Source: Gemmatimonadota bacterium (lineage in GTDB: Bacteria > Gemmatimonadota > Gemmatimonadetes > Gemmatimonadales > GWC2-71-9). Taken from it: DNA of 36,584 bases. This document shows positions 1 through 10,500 of this stretch, piece after piece; positions within the stretch are counted from its first letter, which is position 1; each line of letters begins with the position of its first letter. The notes beneath the pieces are model-generated. The model searched no databases and was not told where the DNA came from. It saw only the letters and a list, made by a program, of their open reading frames with translations. The stretch covers positions 1 through 36,584 of the forward strand of contig QHUF01000281.1 in the NCBI GenBank assembly GCA_003221075.1. Direction: 5' to 3'. The translations under genes and the position numbers were made by a program.

Positions 1-296
1 TCGCTGACGCGGTCACGCAGCGGCATGTTCGTCCAGCCGAGGTTGGGCGTGAGCAGCACCACGCCGCTCTTCGTGTTGAGGGGCCCCGGCGAGCCGATCC
101 CCACGCCCTCGACTTTCTTGCCTGACTCGGCAATGCAGGCCTTCGCGAGCTTGACGATGCGGGCAGTGACGGCGTCCGCGCCCTGGGCCGCCATGGTCGG
201 CTCGGAGACGACACCGTGAATCTCGGAGCCGTCCTCAGCGAGGACTCCGGCGACGAGATTCGTCCCCCCAACGTCAACCCCGACGACGTAGCGCAC
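1..296 (-). CDS. ROK-family sugar kinase (glucokinase-like), N-terminal fragment; the 3' end lies beyond the left window edge
   Basis: My own reverse-strand translation from GTG at 296..294 gives VRYVVGVDVGGTNLVAGVLAEDGSEIHGVVSEPT...VEGVGIGSPGPLNTKSGVVLLTPNLGWTNMPLRD. The DxGGT phosphate motif and GIGxPGP block are typical of ROK/ASKHA kinases. It is absent from the ORF track because there is no stop inside the window. Confidence 0.75.
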   Translation of the reverse strand, partial: MRYVVGVDVGGTNLVAGVLAEDGSEIHGVVSEPTMAAQGADAVTARIVKLAKACIAESGKKVEGVGIGSPGPLNTKSGVVLLTPNLGWTNMPLRDRVS

Positions 297-1293
297 CAAG
301 TTCCTCGATGGCCGCGATCACGGCCTCAACAGTGAGCTCACCCATACAGCGGTGATGTCCCAACGGGCACTGCGGTGGACCGTGCGACGAGCACGGTCGG
401 CATGGCAGCTCGTCGATGCCCAGTGCCAAGTCCCCGGGGCGGAGCGGCCCAAACCCGAACTCCGTCACCGTGGGGCCGAACAAGGCGACGATCGGCGTCC
501 CCATCGCAGTTGCCAGATGCAGCGGTGCGCTGTCGTTGGTCACGAGAAGCGCAGCTCGCCCGATCAGTGACGCCGACTGTCGAAGCGTTAGCCGCCCACA
601 GCCATTGACGGCCTGACGGCCCGACGGTCGGACGGCCTGAACGATCTGATCCCCTAATTCGACATCGTCTGGCCCACCGACCACAGCCACGGCGACCCGT
701 TCGGCGAGTCTGGCAGCCAGTTCGGGATAATAGGGCCACCGTTTGCTTCCCCAGATCGATCCCGGCGCCAGCGCCACGAAGGCTTCGTCGATAAGCCCTG
801 CCGTCGCTTGCTCATCGGTGGGCGTTGACCACAGTTGCGGAGGATAGACCCCCGGAGGCTTGTTCGCGAGGGCCAGCAGCCGGTCGCTTTCGTGCCCTAG
901 AGCAGGCTTGGGGCGAGCCTCTGTATAGAGGAAGGACCAAGCGCCCGAAAACCCGATCCGCGTGGGAATCCCGGCGAGTACCCCAAGCGCGGCGGTCCGC
1001 AAAGAGCGATGGGGCAGGTAGGCACGCTCGTACCGCTCGGTCCTCAAGCGCCGCGCGAGATTCCGCAGGCCTGCCCAACCGCGGTCGCTGCTACGCTTGT
1101 CGTAGGGAATCACCTTGCGGACCGCCGGGTGCGTTTCGATCAACGGCGCCGCGCTCGGCGTTGTGACGACATCGACGGGACCGTGATCGGCCGCGAGGGC
1201 GGAAAATAGCGGCGTCGTCAGTACGACGTCGCCCAGAAATGCGGTTTGGATGACGAGGGTGGCCGAGCTCAAGGGAGCTGAGCCACGGCCCAA
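274..1293 (-). CDS. Glycosyltransferase family 9 (ADP-heptose:LPS heptosyltransferase-like)
   Basis: The 339-aa ORF contains LVIQTAFLGDVVLTTPL near the N-terminus and LLVTNDSAPLHLATAMGTPIVALFGPT near the C-terminus, both typical GT9 blocks. The start is TTG at 1293. An alternative TTG at 1272 would form a TTGA overlap with the upstream stop. Confidence 0.8.
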   Translation of the reverse strand: MGRGSAPLSSATLVIQTAFLGDVVLTTPLFSALAADHGPVDVVTTPSAAPLIETHPAVRKVIPYDKRSSDRGWAGLRNLARRLRTERYERAYLPHRSLRTAALGVLAGIPTRIGFSGAWSFLYTEARPKPALGHESDRLLALANKPPGVYPPQLWSTPTDEQATAGLIDEAFVALAPGSIWGSKRWPYYPELAARLAERVAVAVVGGPDDVELGDQIVQAVRPSGRQAVNGCGRLTLRQSASLIGRAALLVTNDSAPLHLATAMGTPIVALFGPTVTEFGFGPLRPGDLALGIDELPCRPCSSHGPPQCPLGHHRCMGELTVEAVIAAIEELGALRRRG

Positions 1294-2081
1294 ACGGGGT
1301 CGTGGTCGCTCGTTCCAAGCGTGTCGCGCACGATCCCGGTGAATCGCGGATCGCGTGCGGGCGTGGTGAAACCTTTCAAGAAAACGTGGTCCCAGTTGAA
1401 GAAGGCCGTGGTAAAGCCGTTGTGCTCCGTCGGCCAGACGAAGCCGTTCGCGACGAACTCCTTCCCAATGCCATGGCTGTTCATATCGCCGGCCACGATC
1501 ACCAAAGCGTACGCCGCCGCATCGGCGAGAATCATGTCCGCCTGATCGCGCCGCTTCGAGGGGCGGATGTCACTCGGCGTCCCAAGGTGGGCGCTGTAGA
1601 CGCGGACTTTGACCGTCCCCACGAGTACGGTCGCCGCGGTCGCGATGCGCTGCGCATGGCGCAATCCGCCGATGTGCGGCAGCATCAGCTTTTCGTCTGC
1701 GACGATCGGCCAACGAGACAACACCGCATTCCCAAAGTCGTGTCCCAGCTTGGGGTGCACCGCGGCAGGGTAATAGACCCAGGACATCCCCAGCGCATCG
1801 GCAATGCGTCGCGTGCCATCAGCATCCATCTCCTGCAGGACCACAATGTCGGCATCCGGCAGCGGGGCGCGCGTCTTGAGCACATTGATCGCGCGGTCGA
1901 TGTGTTTGCCCCACTGGACGTTGTACGTAACGACCCGCAGCACGTGACCGTCGGCGTGCAACGTGGTTGTCGGCGTGGGCGCGCCGGCGTATCGAGGCCC
2001 CAGCGCGCTCGGGTAGTTGAGCACCGCACGGCAGCTCGCGGTGAAACCGATGAGCAGCAGCAGTGAGGTGAGCTTCCTCAA
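1269..2081 (-). CDS. Endonuclease/exonuclease/phosphatase (EEP) family protein, probable lipoprotein
   Basis: The 270-aa ORF has VVTYNVQWG, VLQEMD and GTSDHDPVW blocks typical of the EEP fold. The N-terminus MRKLTSLLLLIGFTASC looks like a lipoprotein signal. The start is TTG, preceded by AGGAG. Confidence 0.8.
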   Translation of the reverse strand: MRKLTSLLLLIGFTASCRAVLNYPSALGPRYAGAPTPTTTLHADGHVLRVVTYNVQWGKHIDRAINVLKTRAPLPDADIVVLQEMDADGTRRIADALGMSWVYYPAAVHPKLGHDFGNAVLSRWPIVADEKLMLPHIGGLRHAQRIATAATVLVGTVKVRVYSAHLGTPSDIRPSKRRDQADMILADAAAYALVIVAGDMNSHGIGKEFVANGFVWPTEHNGFTTAFFNWDHVFLKGFTTPARDPRFTGIVRDTLGTSDHDPVWAVAQLP

Positions 2082-2092
2082 TGTCGCGTCTC

Positions 2093-4261
2093 CTACTGCC
2101 GGCCGGTGGCTCGCGTTTGCGCGGCGCTTCCCTGCAGGAGCTGCCGCTCCAGGAACTCCGCCGTGGCCTTGTCTACCGTCAGAATGTTCGCGTGCCGCAG
2201 GAAATGGTGCGTGTCGTCCGGAATCACCAGCGTCTCAAACCGGACTCCAGCGGCCGCAAGGCGCCGCACGAGATCGGTGCTCTGGCTGAACCTGACGTTG
2301 CGATCGTCGTCGCCGTGAATCAGGAGCACCGGCGACTTCCAGCCCGCGACCGACGAGACGGGAGACGAGTGCCAAGCGGTGGCGACTGCCGTGTCGACGT
2401 CGGGAGCCTGCTCGTAGCGTTGGCGGTCGAATCCGCGCGCGTAAGTCGACCAGTCGTGCACGCCGTGAATATCGACGCCGGCCGCGAACACGTCGGAGTT
2501 CCGCGCCAGCGCCAGCGCGGTCAGGTAGCCTCCGTACGAGCCGCCGTAAATCCCGATCCGGCCCGCATCGACGCGTGGTTGAGCGCGCAGGTAGGCGGCC
2601 GCCGCCTGAATGTCGCGATACTCCGCGGCACCGCGCGCGCCGGAGCTGGGCGGCTGATGAAAGTCGTAGCCGTAGCCGATGCCAAGCCGGTAATTGACCG
2701 AGAGGACGATGAATCCTCGGCTCGCCAAGTACTGATTGAGCGCATAGGCGTTGGAGTAATAGTCCGAGTAGTGCCATCCCAGCAGCATTTGCCGCGGTGG
2801 GCCGCCGTGGACGTAGACGATGGCGGGCTTCCGTGTGTTGCCACCACCGGGTGCTTCGAATAATTGCCCATGAATGGTCAACCCATCCGCTGAGCGGAAC
2901 ACCACCTGTCGCGGGGTGACGAGGCCGGTCGGGAAGCTCGCCGGAATGCGATCGGCCGCGATGGGGCGGATCGCCGCACGCGAGTTGCCGAGCGCCATCG
3001 CCGCCGGCAACGGGGGACGCTGCGGCGTCGCGCTGATGAAGACGAGTGTCGCGCCGTCGCCGGTGATCGTCGGCGACCACTCGAGGCCGCTGCCCGGCGT
3101 CATGACCTGCGGCGCCGCCCGGTCGACCGGCACGCGAATCACGTGGCGCCGATCGATGTCGAGGGAATCGCCTCCATTCATGTTGCCCGCAAACACCAGC
3201 CAGCGTCCGTCGCCGCTGAGCGAGATGTGCTCGGCCATGTAGCGGCCCGGAGTCAGAAGCAGGGCGGCGCCGCCCGACGCCGGCATCGAGTAGAGATGCG
3301 GCCAACCGTCCTGATAAGAAAGGAAGACGACGCGGTCGGAGGCTCCCCAGCCGAGGTTCGTCCCGCCGTCGGTCGTCGGCACGGAGCCCACCAGCGTTTC
3401 GGGCGATTTCCAGAGGCGCTGCGCCGCTCCCGTCGCCGCGTCGCCGGTCCAGATCTCCCACGGATTGGGCCGGGGTGGCAGCAACGAGTCCGGCGCGCCG
3501 CCGGCACCAGGCAGCCGCACGTATGCGATGCGTCGACCGTCGGGAGACCACCGCGGCGATCGGTCGCGCGCGAACGCCGGGGCGATCCAGGTGATCGCGG
3601 TGCTGTCGTTCGTGTAGACGCCGATGAACGAGTGATCGCCGCGATTCGCGACGAACGCGAGCCGGGAACCGTCGGGCGACCAACGCGGGTCGCTGTTCTC
3701 GCCGCGCGCCGTGAACAGCGCCTTGGCGGCTGCCGAGCCGTCGATCGGCGCGGTCCAGATCTGTCCGCCTTTGACGAATGCCACGACGTCGCTGCGCGGC
3801 GAAACGACCGGCTCATCGCCGTCCGCGATCGGTTTCGGATCGCCGCCATCGAACGGAACGCTGAAGATCTGCACCTTCGGCGCGGTGGGGTTCGAGCCGA
3901 CGTTCACCGGGAGCCCGTCGTCCCAATTCGAGCCGTGATCTCCGCCGCGGACGAATACGACCCATTGGCCGTTCGCGGAGACCGTGACGCTGCTCAACTC
4001 CTGGCCGTCGTCGCGGTCGTAATGCGTCAGCTGCCGCGCGGAGAACGCGGGCCCTTCGGCGACAAAGATGTTCCGCCGGCCCTGCTCGTTGAATGCCCAC
4101 GCCACGCGGCTGCCGGTCGCCGCGGCCGCAAGCTCGTTCGGGAATGGATACGACCGCACCTGGTCCAGCGCGAACGGTGCCGAATGCGAGGCCTGAGCGG
4201 CCGCCAGAGAGGATGCAACGAGTGTGAGACCGGCTACCGCCGCGACGATCGTGCTGCGCAT
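2093..4261 (-). CDS. S9-family serine peptidase (prolyl oligopeptidase/dipeptidyl peptidase type) with an N-terminal TolB-like beta-propeller
   Basis: The 722-aa ORF has a signal peptide (MRSTIVAAVAGLTLVASSLAAAQA). Repeated W-SPDG propeller motifs are present (RWSPDGSRLAF, RWSPDGRRIAY). The catalytic blocks are GIYGGSYGGYL (Ser), LLIHGDDDRNV (Asp) and DDTHHF (His). GGAGG precedes the ATG. Confidence 0.85.
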   Translation of the reverse strand: MRSTIVAAVAGLTLVASSLAAAQASHSAPFALDQVRSYPFPNELAAAATGSRVAWAFNEQGRRNIFVAEGPAFSARQLTHYDRDDGQELSSVTVSANGQWVVFVRGGDHGSNWDDGLPVNVGSNPTAPKVQIFSVPFDGGDPKPIADGDEPVVSPRSDVVAFVKGGQIWTAPIDGSAAAKALFTARGENSDPRWSPDGSRLAFVANRGDHSFIGVYTNDSTAITWIAPAFARDRSPRWSPDGRRIAYVRLPGAGGAPDSLLPPRPNPWEIWTGDAATGAAQRLWKSPETLVGSVPTTDGGTNLGWGASDRVVFLSYQDGWPHLYSMPASGGAALLLTPGRYMAEHISLSGDGRWLVFAGNMNGGDSLDIDRRHVIRVPVDRAAPQVMTPGSGLEWSPTITGDGATLVFISATPQRPPLPAAMALGNSRAAIRPIAADRIPASFPTGLVTPRQVVFRSADGLTIHGQLFEAPGGGNTRKPAIVYVHGGPPRQMLLGWHYSDYYSNAYALNQYLASRGFIVLSVNYRLGIGYGYDFHQPPSSGARGAAEYRDIQAAAAYLRAQPRVDAGRIGIYGGSYGGYLTALALARNSDVFAAGVDIHGVHDWSTYARGFDRQRYEQAPDVDTAVATAWHSSPVSSVAGWKSPVLLIHGDDDRNVRFSQSTDLVRRLAAAGVRFETLVIPDDTHHFLRHANILTVDKATAEFLERQLLQGSAAQTRATGRQ

Positions 4262-4269
4262 GTGACCTC

Positions 4270-6069
4270 CTATTCCACTTGGAGCACTGCGAGAAACGCT
4301 TCCTGGGGTATCTCGACCGTTCCCACCTGCTTCATCCTTTTCTTACCTTCTTTTTGCTTCTCTAGCAACTTCCGCTTGCGGGTGACGTCGCCGCCGTAAC
4401 ACTTCGCGGTGACGTTCTTGCGCAGCGGCCGGATCGACTCGCGCGCGATGACTTTGGTTCCGATCGCCGCCTGGATCACCACTTCGAATAACTGGCGTGG
4501 GATCAGCTCCTTCAGCTTTTCGGCGATCTTGCGGCCCCACTCGTACGCCTTGTCCTTGTGGATGATAACGCTGAACGCGTCAACCGCTTCGCCGTTGAGG
4601 AGCATGTCGAGTTTGACGAGGTCACCAGGCCGGTAGGCAAGGAACTCGTAATCGAGCGAGGCGTAGCCGCGCGAGATCGTCTTCAGCTTGTCGTAAAAAT
4701 CGAGGATGATCTCGGCCAGCGGGAATTCCCAGTCGAACTCGACGCGCGTGGGATCGAGGTACTGCATGCCGCCATATACGCCGCGCCGCTCCTGTCCCAG
4801 GTTCATGATGCCGCCGATGTACTCGGACGGCGCGAAGATCCGGGCTTTGACGTACGGCTCCTCGATGCGGTCCACTTCCGAGCCATGCGGCAAGAGGCTC
4901 GGATTCTCGACCAGCTCCATGCTTCCATCGGTCTTGTAGACGTGGTACTCGACGTTCGGAACCGTGCTGATCAGGTCGAGATCGAACTCTCGCTCCAGCC
5001 GCTCGCGCACGATCTCCATATGCAGGAGGCCGAGGAAACCGCACCGAAAGCCGAAGCCGAGCGCCACCGAGGTTTCCGGCTCGTAGTGCAACGAGGCGTC
5101 GTTCAGTTGCAGTTTCGCGAGCGCGTCCCTAAGCTCCTCATACTGCTCGGCGTTGGTCGGGTAGAGGCCCGCGAACACCATCGACTGGATGTCGCGGTAG
5201 CCGGGCAGGAGCTCGACGTCACGATGTTCGGCGTCGAGAATGGTGTCGCCGGGGCGCGTCTCGCGCACGCCGCGCACGTTGGCGACCACGTAGCCGACCT
5301 CGCCCGCCTCCAGCTGCTCGGCGGGCTTGTGGCCCAGCTGCAGATAGCCGACCTCGTCTACTTCATAGAGGTCGTCGCGGTGCGCGCCGAAGGCGATCTT
5401 CATCCCGGGGTGAACGACACCATCGACGACGCGAATCGAGGGAATGGCGCCACGGTAGCGGTCGTAGTAGGAATCGAAGATGAGCGCGCGGAACGGGGCT
5501 TCATGGTTGCCGCGCGGCGGCGGCACCCGCGCGACGACGGCCTCGAGCAGCTCCGGCACGCCGCGACCCTCTTTCGCCGAGATGCGGAGGATCTCCCCGG
5601 GCTTCGTGCCGATCAGGTCGTGGATCTCGTGGGCGCGCTTGTCCGGCTCGGCGCCCGGCAGATCGATCTTGTTGAGGACGGGTATGATTTCCAGGCCGGC
5701 GTCCATCGCCAGCAGTAAATTGGACAATGTCTGGGCCTGAATTCCCTGCGACGCATCCACGACCAGAATCGCGCCTTCGCAGGCAACCAATGATCGTGAC
5801 ACTTCGTAGGTAAAATCGACGTGTCCCGGCGTATCGATGAGGTTGAGCTCATACAACTGGCCGTTCTTCGCGTGATAGCTCATCCGCACCGCATTGAGCT
5901 TGATCGTAATGCCGCGCTCGCGCTCCAGGTCCATCGTGTCGAGGACCTGCTCGCGCATCAGCCGCTTGTCGAGTGTCCCCGTCAGCTCGATGAGCCGGTC
6001 GGCGAGGGTCGACTTCCCATGATCGATATGGGCGACGATGCAGAAATTGCGGATATGGTCCTGGCGCAT
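4270..6069 (-). CDS. lepA: Elongation factor 4 (LepA)
   Basis: The 599-aa ORF shows [21 protein letters not shown] (G1), DTPGHVDF (G3) and NKIDL (G4). The characteristic LepA C-terminal region is present ([25 protein letters not shown]). Confidence 0.97.
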   Translation of the reverse strand: MRQDHIRNFCIVAHIDHGKSTLADRLIELTGTLDKRLMREQVLDTMDLERERGITIKLNAVRMSYHAKNGQLYELNLIDTPGHVDFTYEVSRSLVACEGAILVVDASQGIQAQTLSNLLLAMDAGLEIIPVLNKIDLPGAEPDKRAHEIHDLIGTKPGEILRISAKEGRGVPELLEAVVARVPPPRGNHEAPFRALIFDSYYDRYRGAIPSIRVVDGVVHPGMKIAFGAHRDDLYEVDEVGYLQLGHKPAEQLEAGEVGYVVANVRGVRETRPGDTILDAEHRDVELLPGYRDIQSMVFAGLYPTNAEQYEELRDALAKLQLNDASLHYEPETSVALGFGFRCGFLGLLHMEIVRERLEREFDLDLISTVPNVEYHVYKTDGSMELVENPSLLPHGSEVDRIEEPYVKARIFAPSEYIGGIMNLGQERRGVYGGMQYLDPTRVEFDWEFPLAEIILDFYDKLKTISRGYASLDYEFLAYRPGDLVKLDMLLNGEAVDAFSVIIHKDKAYEWGRKIAEKLKELIPRQLFEVVIQAAIGTKVIARESIRPLRKNVTAKCYGGDVTRKRKLLEKQKEGKKRMKQVGTVEIPQEAFLAVLQVE

Positions 6070-6111
6070 GCGGCGCTAAATATAGCGTGTAGCTTTAGTC
6101 AGCCTTCCTAA
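6070..6111. promoter_or_regulatory. 42-bp divergent lepA/rho intergenic region with an AT-rich core and a small palindrome
   Basis: This is the only non-coding DNA between the two divergent starts. It contains CGCTAAATATAGCG (5-bp inverted arms CGCTA/TAGCG around AATA) with -10-like TAAATAT. The promoter assignment is inferred, not demonstrated. Confidence 0.3.
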
Positions 6112-7179
6112 ATGCCTCCCATGACCGGTTGGTTTGATCCTTCGCAGAAAGGCGGCGCGCTCCGGCTCGCCGCCAACAGTTATCTGCCCGCCAAAGGCGA
6201 TCCTGCCGTGCACCTGCCCGGTCTCCGGCGCGGGGATCTGATCGTACTCGACAATGGTCGCGTGACGACGGTGAACGGCGAGCCGGCAGGCCAGCTCGAT
6301 GGGCGGCCCGATTTCGCGAATCTGGGCGCCGTCCACCCCAACCGTCCGCTGACGCTCGAGACGCCCAAGGCATCGAGTCCCCGCACCGCGGAGACGCAGC
6401 GCGTCGTAGATCTCATTTGCCCCTTCGGCTTCGGCCAGCGGGCGCTCATCGTCTCGCCGCCCAAAGCCGGGAAGACGATGATGTTGCAGGCGATCGCGGA
6501 GTCGGTGGCCGAGAATCACCCCAAAGCGATTCTGCTGATCCTGCTCGTGGACGAGCGGCCGGAAGAAGTCAGCGAGATGATCGACTGGGGTCGGGGGGAA
6601 GTGATCGCCTCGAGCTTCGACTTGCCGCACGAGCGGCACGTGGCCGCCGCCGACATGGTGTTCGAGCACGCCCGCCGGCAAGTCGAGCTGGGACGCGACG
6701 TCGTCATCGTCCTCGACTCGCTCACGCGGCTGGCACGCTCGCACAATACGACGGGGCGGGGCACCGGGCGCACCATGTCGGGCGGCCTCGACGCGAATGC
6801 GCTGGCGAAGCCCAAGGGGCTGTTCGGCGCCGCGCGGGCCGTGCCTCCGAAGGATGGGGGCGGCTCCCTCACGGTGATCGCCACCGCCCTCGTCGAAACC
6901 GAAAGCAAGATGGACGACATCATCTTCGAGGAGTTCAAAGGGACCGGCAACGCCGAGCTGCGGCTGACGCGTGCGCTGGCGGACCGGCGGATCTATCCGG
7001 CGGTGGACATCGCCGCGAGCGGCACACGCCGCGAAGAGCTGCTCGCCGATGCGAAGACGGTCGAGGCGAAACAAAAGCTCCGGCGGGCCCTGGTGGACCT
7101 CCCGCCGGAGCAGGCGATGCAGAGTCTCCTGCAACAGATTAAGCGCGCGAAGACGAACGCCGAGTTGCTCAGCGTTTAG
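6112..7179 (+). CDS. rho: Transcription termination factor Rho, short form lacking the N-terminal helix bundle
   Basis: The 355-aa ORF has Walker A (SPPKAGKT), LLVDERPEEV, SLTRLARSHN and ALVETESKMDDIIFEEFKGTGNAEL, which are collinear with E. coli Rho. An in-frame TAA lies immediately 5' of the ATG. Confidence 0.9.
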   Translation: MPPMTGWFDPSQKGGALRLAANSYLPAKGDPAVHLPGLRRGDLIVLDNGRVTTVNGEPAGQLDGRPDFANLGAVHPNRPLTLETPKASSPRTAETQRVVDLICPFGFGQRALIVSPPKAGKTMMLQAIAESVAENHPKAILLILLVDERPEEVSEMIDWGRGEVIASSFDLPHERHVAAADMVFEHARRQVELGRDVVIVLDSLTRLARSHNTTGRGTGRTMSGGLDANALAKPKGLFGAARAVPPKDGGGSLTVIATALVETESKMDDIIFEEFKGTGNAELRLTRALADRRIYPAVDIAASGTRREELLADAKTVEAKQKLRRALVDLPPEQAMQSLLQQIKRAKTNAELLSV

Positions 7180-7477
7180 TGCTCTCACGCCGCACGGCGA
7201 TGACGTGACCAGTAGCGGCATTTACCTGGACGTCAGTCAAACCCGGCCGGCCTTTCCGTTGAACCTTGAACGTATACACCAGGCGGGTTTTCATCTTCGC
7301 GAGCGTAATCCCCTGGACGTCGCCGGGGACGCGCTTCAGCGCGATAGCCCTGGCCGCGTCTTCGCTGATTTTCGCTTTAGCAACGAGGCTGTCAGGAACG
7401 TTGCGATCCTGAGCGGCGAGATTTCCGGCGGCGAGGGAGAACGCGGCCGCCAGCATGAGTGAGGTAAGCAGGCGCAT
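7169..7477 (-). CDS. Small secreted PepSY-domain protein
   Basis: The 102-aa ORF has a signal peptide (MRLLTSLMLAAAFSLAAGNLAAQ). It is followed by ISEDAARAIALKRVPG...VYTFKV...VQVNAATGHVI, the PepSY pattern. It is the last gene of the efflux module, and its 3' end overlaps the rho 3' end by 11 nt (convergent). Confidence 0.7.
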   Translation of the reverse strand: MRLLTSLMLAAAFSLAAGNLAAQDRNVPDSLVAKAKISEDAARAIALKRVPGDVQGITLAKMKTRLVYTFKVQRKGRPGLTDVQVNAATGHVIAVRRESTKR

Positions 7478-7536
7478 ATTTCAGGCTCCTGAGAGGGTGA
7501 TCGTCGCTTGTTGAGACCATTCCATAGCCGGAGCCG

Positions 7537-10500
7537 TCACCGCAGCCGGTAGTCCCCTCCCCGGATCGCCACGAGCAACGTCGGTACCGCAAACAGGGTG
7601 ATGGGGGTGGAGAGGACTAAGCCTCCGATAACGGCCAGCGCCAGCGGCCGCTGCAGCTCGCTGCCTGCACCAATCCCGAGCGCCAGCGGCAGCAAGCCGA
7701 ACAGCGTGCACAGCGTGGTCATCAGGATAGGCCGGAGTCGCACACGTGCCGCCTCGCGAATCGCCACCTCGAGCGGCACACCTTCGTCACGCATGCGCAG
7801 CCGGGTGAAGTCGAGCAGGATGATCCCGTTCTTCACGATCAGCCCGACGAGCAGGATCAGGCCCATAAACGACGCCACGTTCAACGCCGTCCCCGTGAAG
7901 AGCAGCAGCGCCAGCGACCCGACGAACGACACCGGCGCGACGAGCAGCACGATCAACGGCTCGACGAAGGACTCGAACTGCACGACCATGACGGCGCACA
8001 CGCTCACCGCCGCGAGCGCCAGTACGAGCAGCAGCGCGCGGAACGCCTCCTGCTGGCTCTCGTATTGGCCGCCGATTACGACCCGGACACCCGCCGGGGC
8101 AGGGTGCGCGCGGAGCACCCGCCGTACGTCGATCATCACGCCGCCGAGCGAGCGGCCGCTGACGTCGGCCGTCAGGGCGATCATCTGCTGCTGGTTTTCG
8201 CGTTCCAGACTGATCCGTGATTGTGTGGGCGTGAACGTCGCGAGGCTGCCGAGAGGCGTGACGCGGCCCGTTCCGGTCGCGACGACGGGCAGCGCGCGCA
8301 ACCGCAGCGGATTGTAGCGCACGGAGTCAGGGGCGCGAACTCGCACGCCCACCGGCCGGTCCTCCGCGCGGATCTCCCCCGCCTCCGTCCCGAGTAGCGC
8401 GGCGCTCACCGTGCTTCCCACATCCTCCGGGGTCATGCCAATGCGATCCGCCTCGGCCTGGTTCACGCGCATCATGAGCTCGGGAGACGGCTCGGCCACG
8501 CCGTTGTATAGGTCCTCGAGGCCCGTGACGCCCTCCAGGTCTGGCGCGAGGCGCTGCGCATACGCTTCGAGCGTATCGAGCCGTTCGCCGAACAGCTTGA
8601 TCTCGACCGGTTTCGGGTTGCCCGCGAGATCATTGACCACGTCGGAGAGAATCTGCACGAACTCGATCCGGAGGCGGGGAACCGCTGCGTTCACCTCGTC
8701 CCGCACGCCGTCCATCACCCCGAAGATGTCGCGTGACCGCTCATTGGAAGGCTTGAGCCGGGCCACCAGGTCCCCCGTGTTCTGCGCCGTGGCGAACAGT
8801 CCCAGCTCGGCGCCCGTCCGTCGCGACGTCCCCGAGATCTCGGGTGTGGCGGCCAGGATCTGCTCCACGATACCGACCTGGCGGTTGGTCTCGGCCAACG
8901 CCGTTCCACCGGGCGTCCAGTAATCCAGCACGAACGCACCTTCGTCCATCTCGGGCAGGAAGCCCGTACCCACGAGACGCATGAGGATGATGCCCGCCAC
9001 CACAAAACCCAACGCAAGGGCGCCGATGCGCCGCGCGTGGTGCAGCACTGCCGCCAGCGCCCGCTCGTAGCGCGATCCCAGTGCATCGAGCGCGCGCTGC
9101 GCTCGCGCCAGCGGCCCGGTAGTGGTGGACTCGACCTCGTGCGCGGTCACGAATTGCTCGGCGAGCAGGGGAATGATGGTCAGGGCAAGCACCAGCGAGA
9201 CTAGTACAGCCACGGTGAGCGTTGTCGCGAGGGCCGCGAAAAATTGTCCCACAACGCCCTGCAGCAAACCCAGCGGCAGGAACACGACGACCGTCGTCAG
9301 CGTCGACGTGGTCACCGGCCAGATCAGCTCCTGCACCGCCGCGCGAATCGCCTGCAGACGATCGGTCGTGAGCCGCAGGTGGCGGGCGATGTTCTCCGTG
9401 ATGACGACAGCATCGTCGATGACGAGGCCGATGGCGATCGCCATCGCGCCGAGCGTCATGAGATTGAAGGTCTGACCGATCATGCTCATGATGAACACCG
9501 CGATCGCGAGCGTGAGCGGGATGGATGCGGCACTGATGGCCGTGATGCGGCCGTGACGGAGGAAGACCAGCAGCACGATGACCGCGAGCGTCGCGCCGAT
9601 CAGCATCGCGTCGCGCACCGAGCGGACGGCTTCGCGCACGAGCTCGGCCTGGTCGTACACCGGCTTGAGGTGCACGCCGGGAGGTAGCGAGGGTGCGACG
9701 GTCGCCATGATTCGCGCGACACTGTCGGCGAGCGCCAGCGTGTTGCCGCCGACCTGCCGTGTCACGTTGATCAGCGCCGCGGGTTTGCCGTCTCCCGCGA
9801 TGATCCGGACATGGTCCTCGGTGCCCAACTGCACGCTCGCGACGTCCCGGACGCGCAGCCCGCCGCGGATGACCACTGCGCCGATGTCGTCGGGCGCATG
9901 CGCTTCCTGATCCGTCACGATCAAGTACTGCCGGTAGTCCTGCGCGACCCGCCCGACCGCCTGTACGGTGATGGCGCGCCGGATTGCGTCCGCCAGATCG
10001 GCGTAGGTCATTCCCTGCGACCCGAGACGGCCAGGGTCGGCGATCACCTCGAGCTCGCGCACGTCGGAGCCCTGCACGTCGACGCGTCCGACGCCGGGCA
10101 CGCGGGAGATCAACGGCTTGATCTCGTAGCGTGCGAGGTCGTACAGCGTCGCTGGCTCTCCGCCCTCGACGTTGTAGGACACGATTGGGAACAGGGATGG
10201 TGTGAGCTGTTCGACCTCGATGCTCAGATTCGGAGGGAGCGCGCTCTGGACCTGGTTCACGCGGGCGCGCACCAGCTGCAGCGCCTGATCCATGTTGGTC
10301 CCGGGCGCGAACGTAATCGAGATCTCGCTGGCGCCGCGGATCGAGTGCGAGCGGACCCGCGTTACGCCGGGCACGATGCTCACGGCTTCCTCGAGCGGCC
10401 GTGTGATGCTGAACACGACCTGGCGTGCACCGAGAGTCGAGCCCTGGGCCACAATCGTGATGCGCGAGAACCGCAGCTCCGGATAGATGGCGGATGGGAG

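Noticed and set aside
2235-4399. ORFs of 482 aa (minus, alternative frame) and 418 aa (plus) overlapping the S9 peptidase gene.
   Set aside because: They have no motifs and an arginine-rich composition. The peptidase frame carries the catalytic triad blocks.
6076-7221. A 381-aa ORF antisense to rho.
   Set aside because: Its R/G/P/A-rich composition is typical of spurious long ORFs on the opposite strand of high-GC genes. The rho frame has unambiguous motifs, and this ORF has no recognisable domain or RBS.
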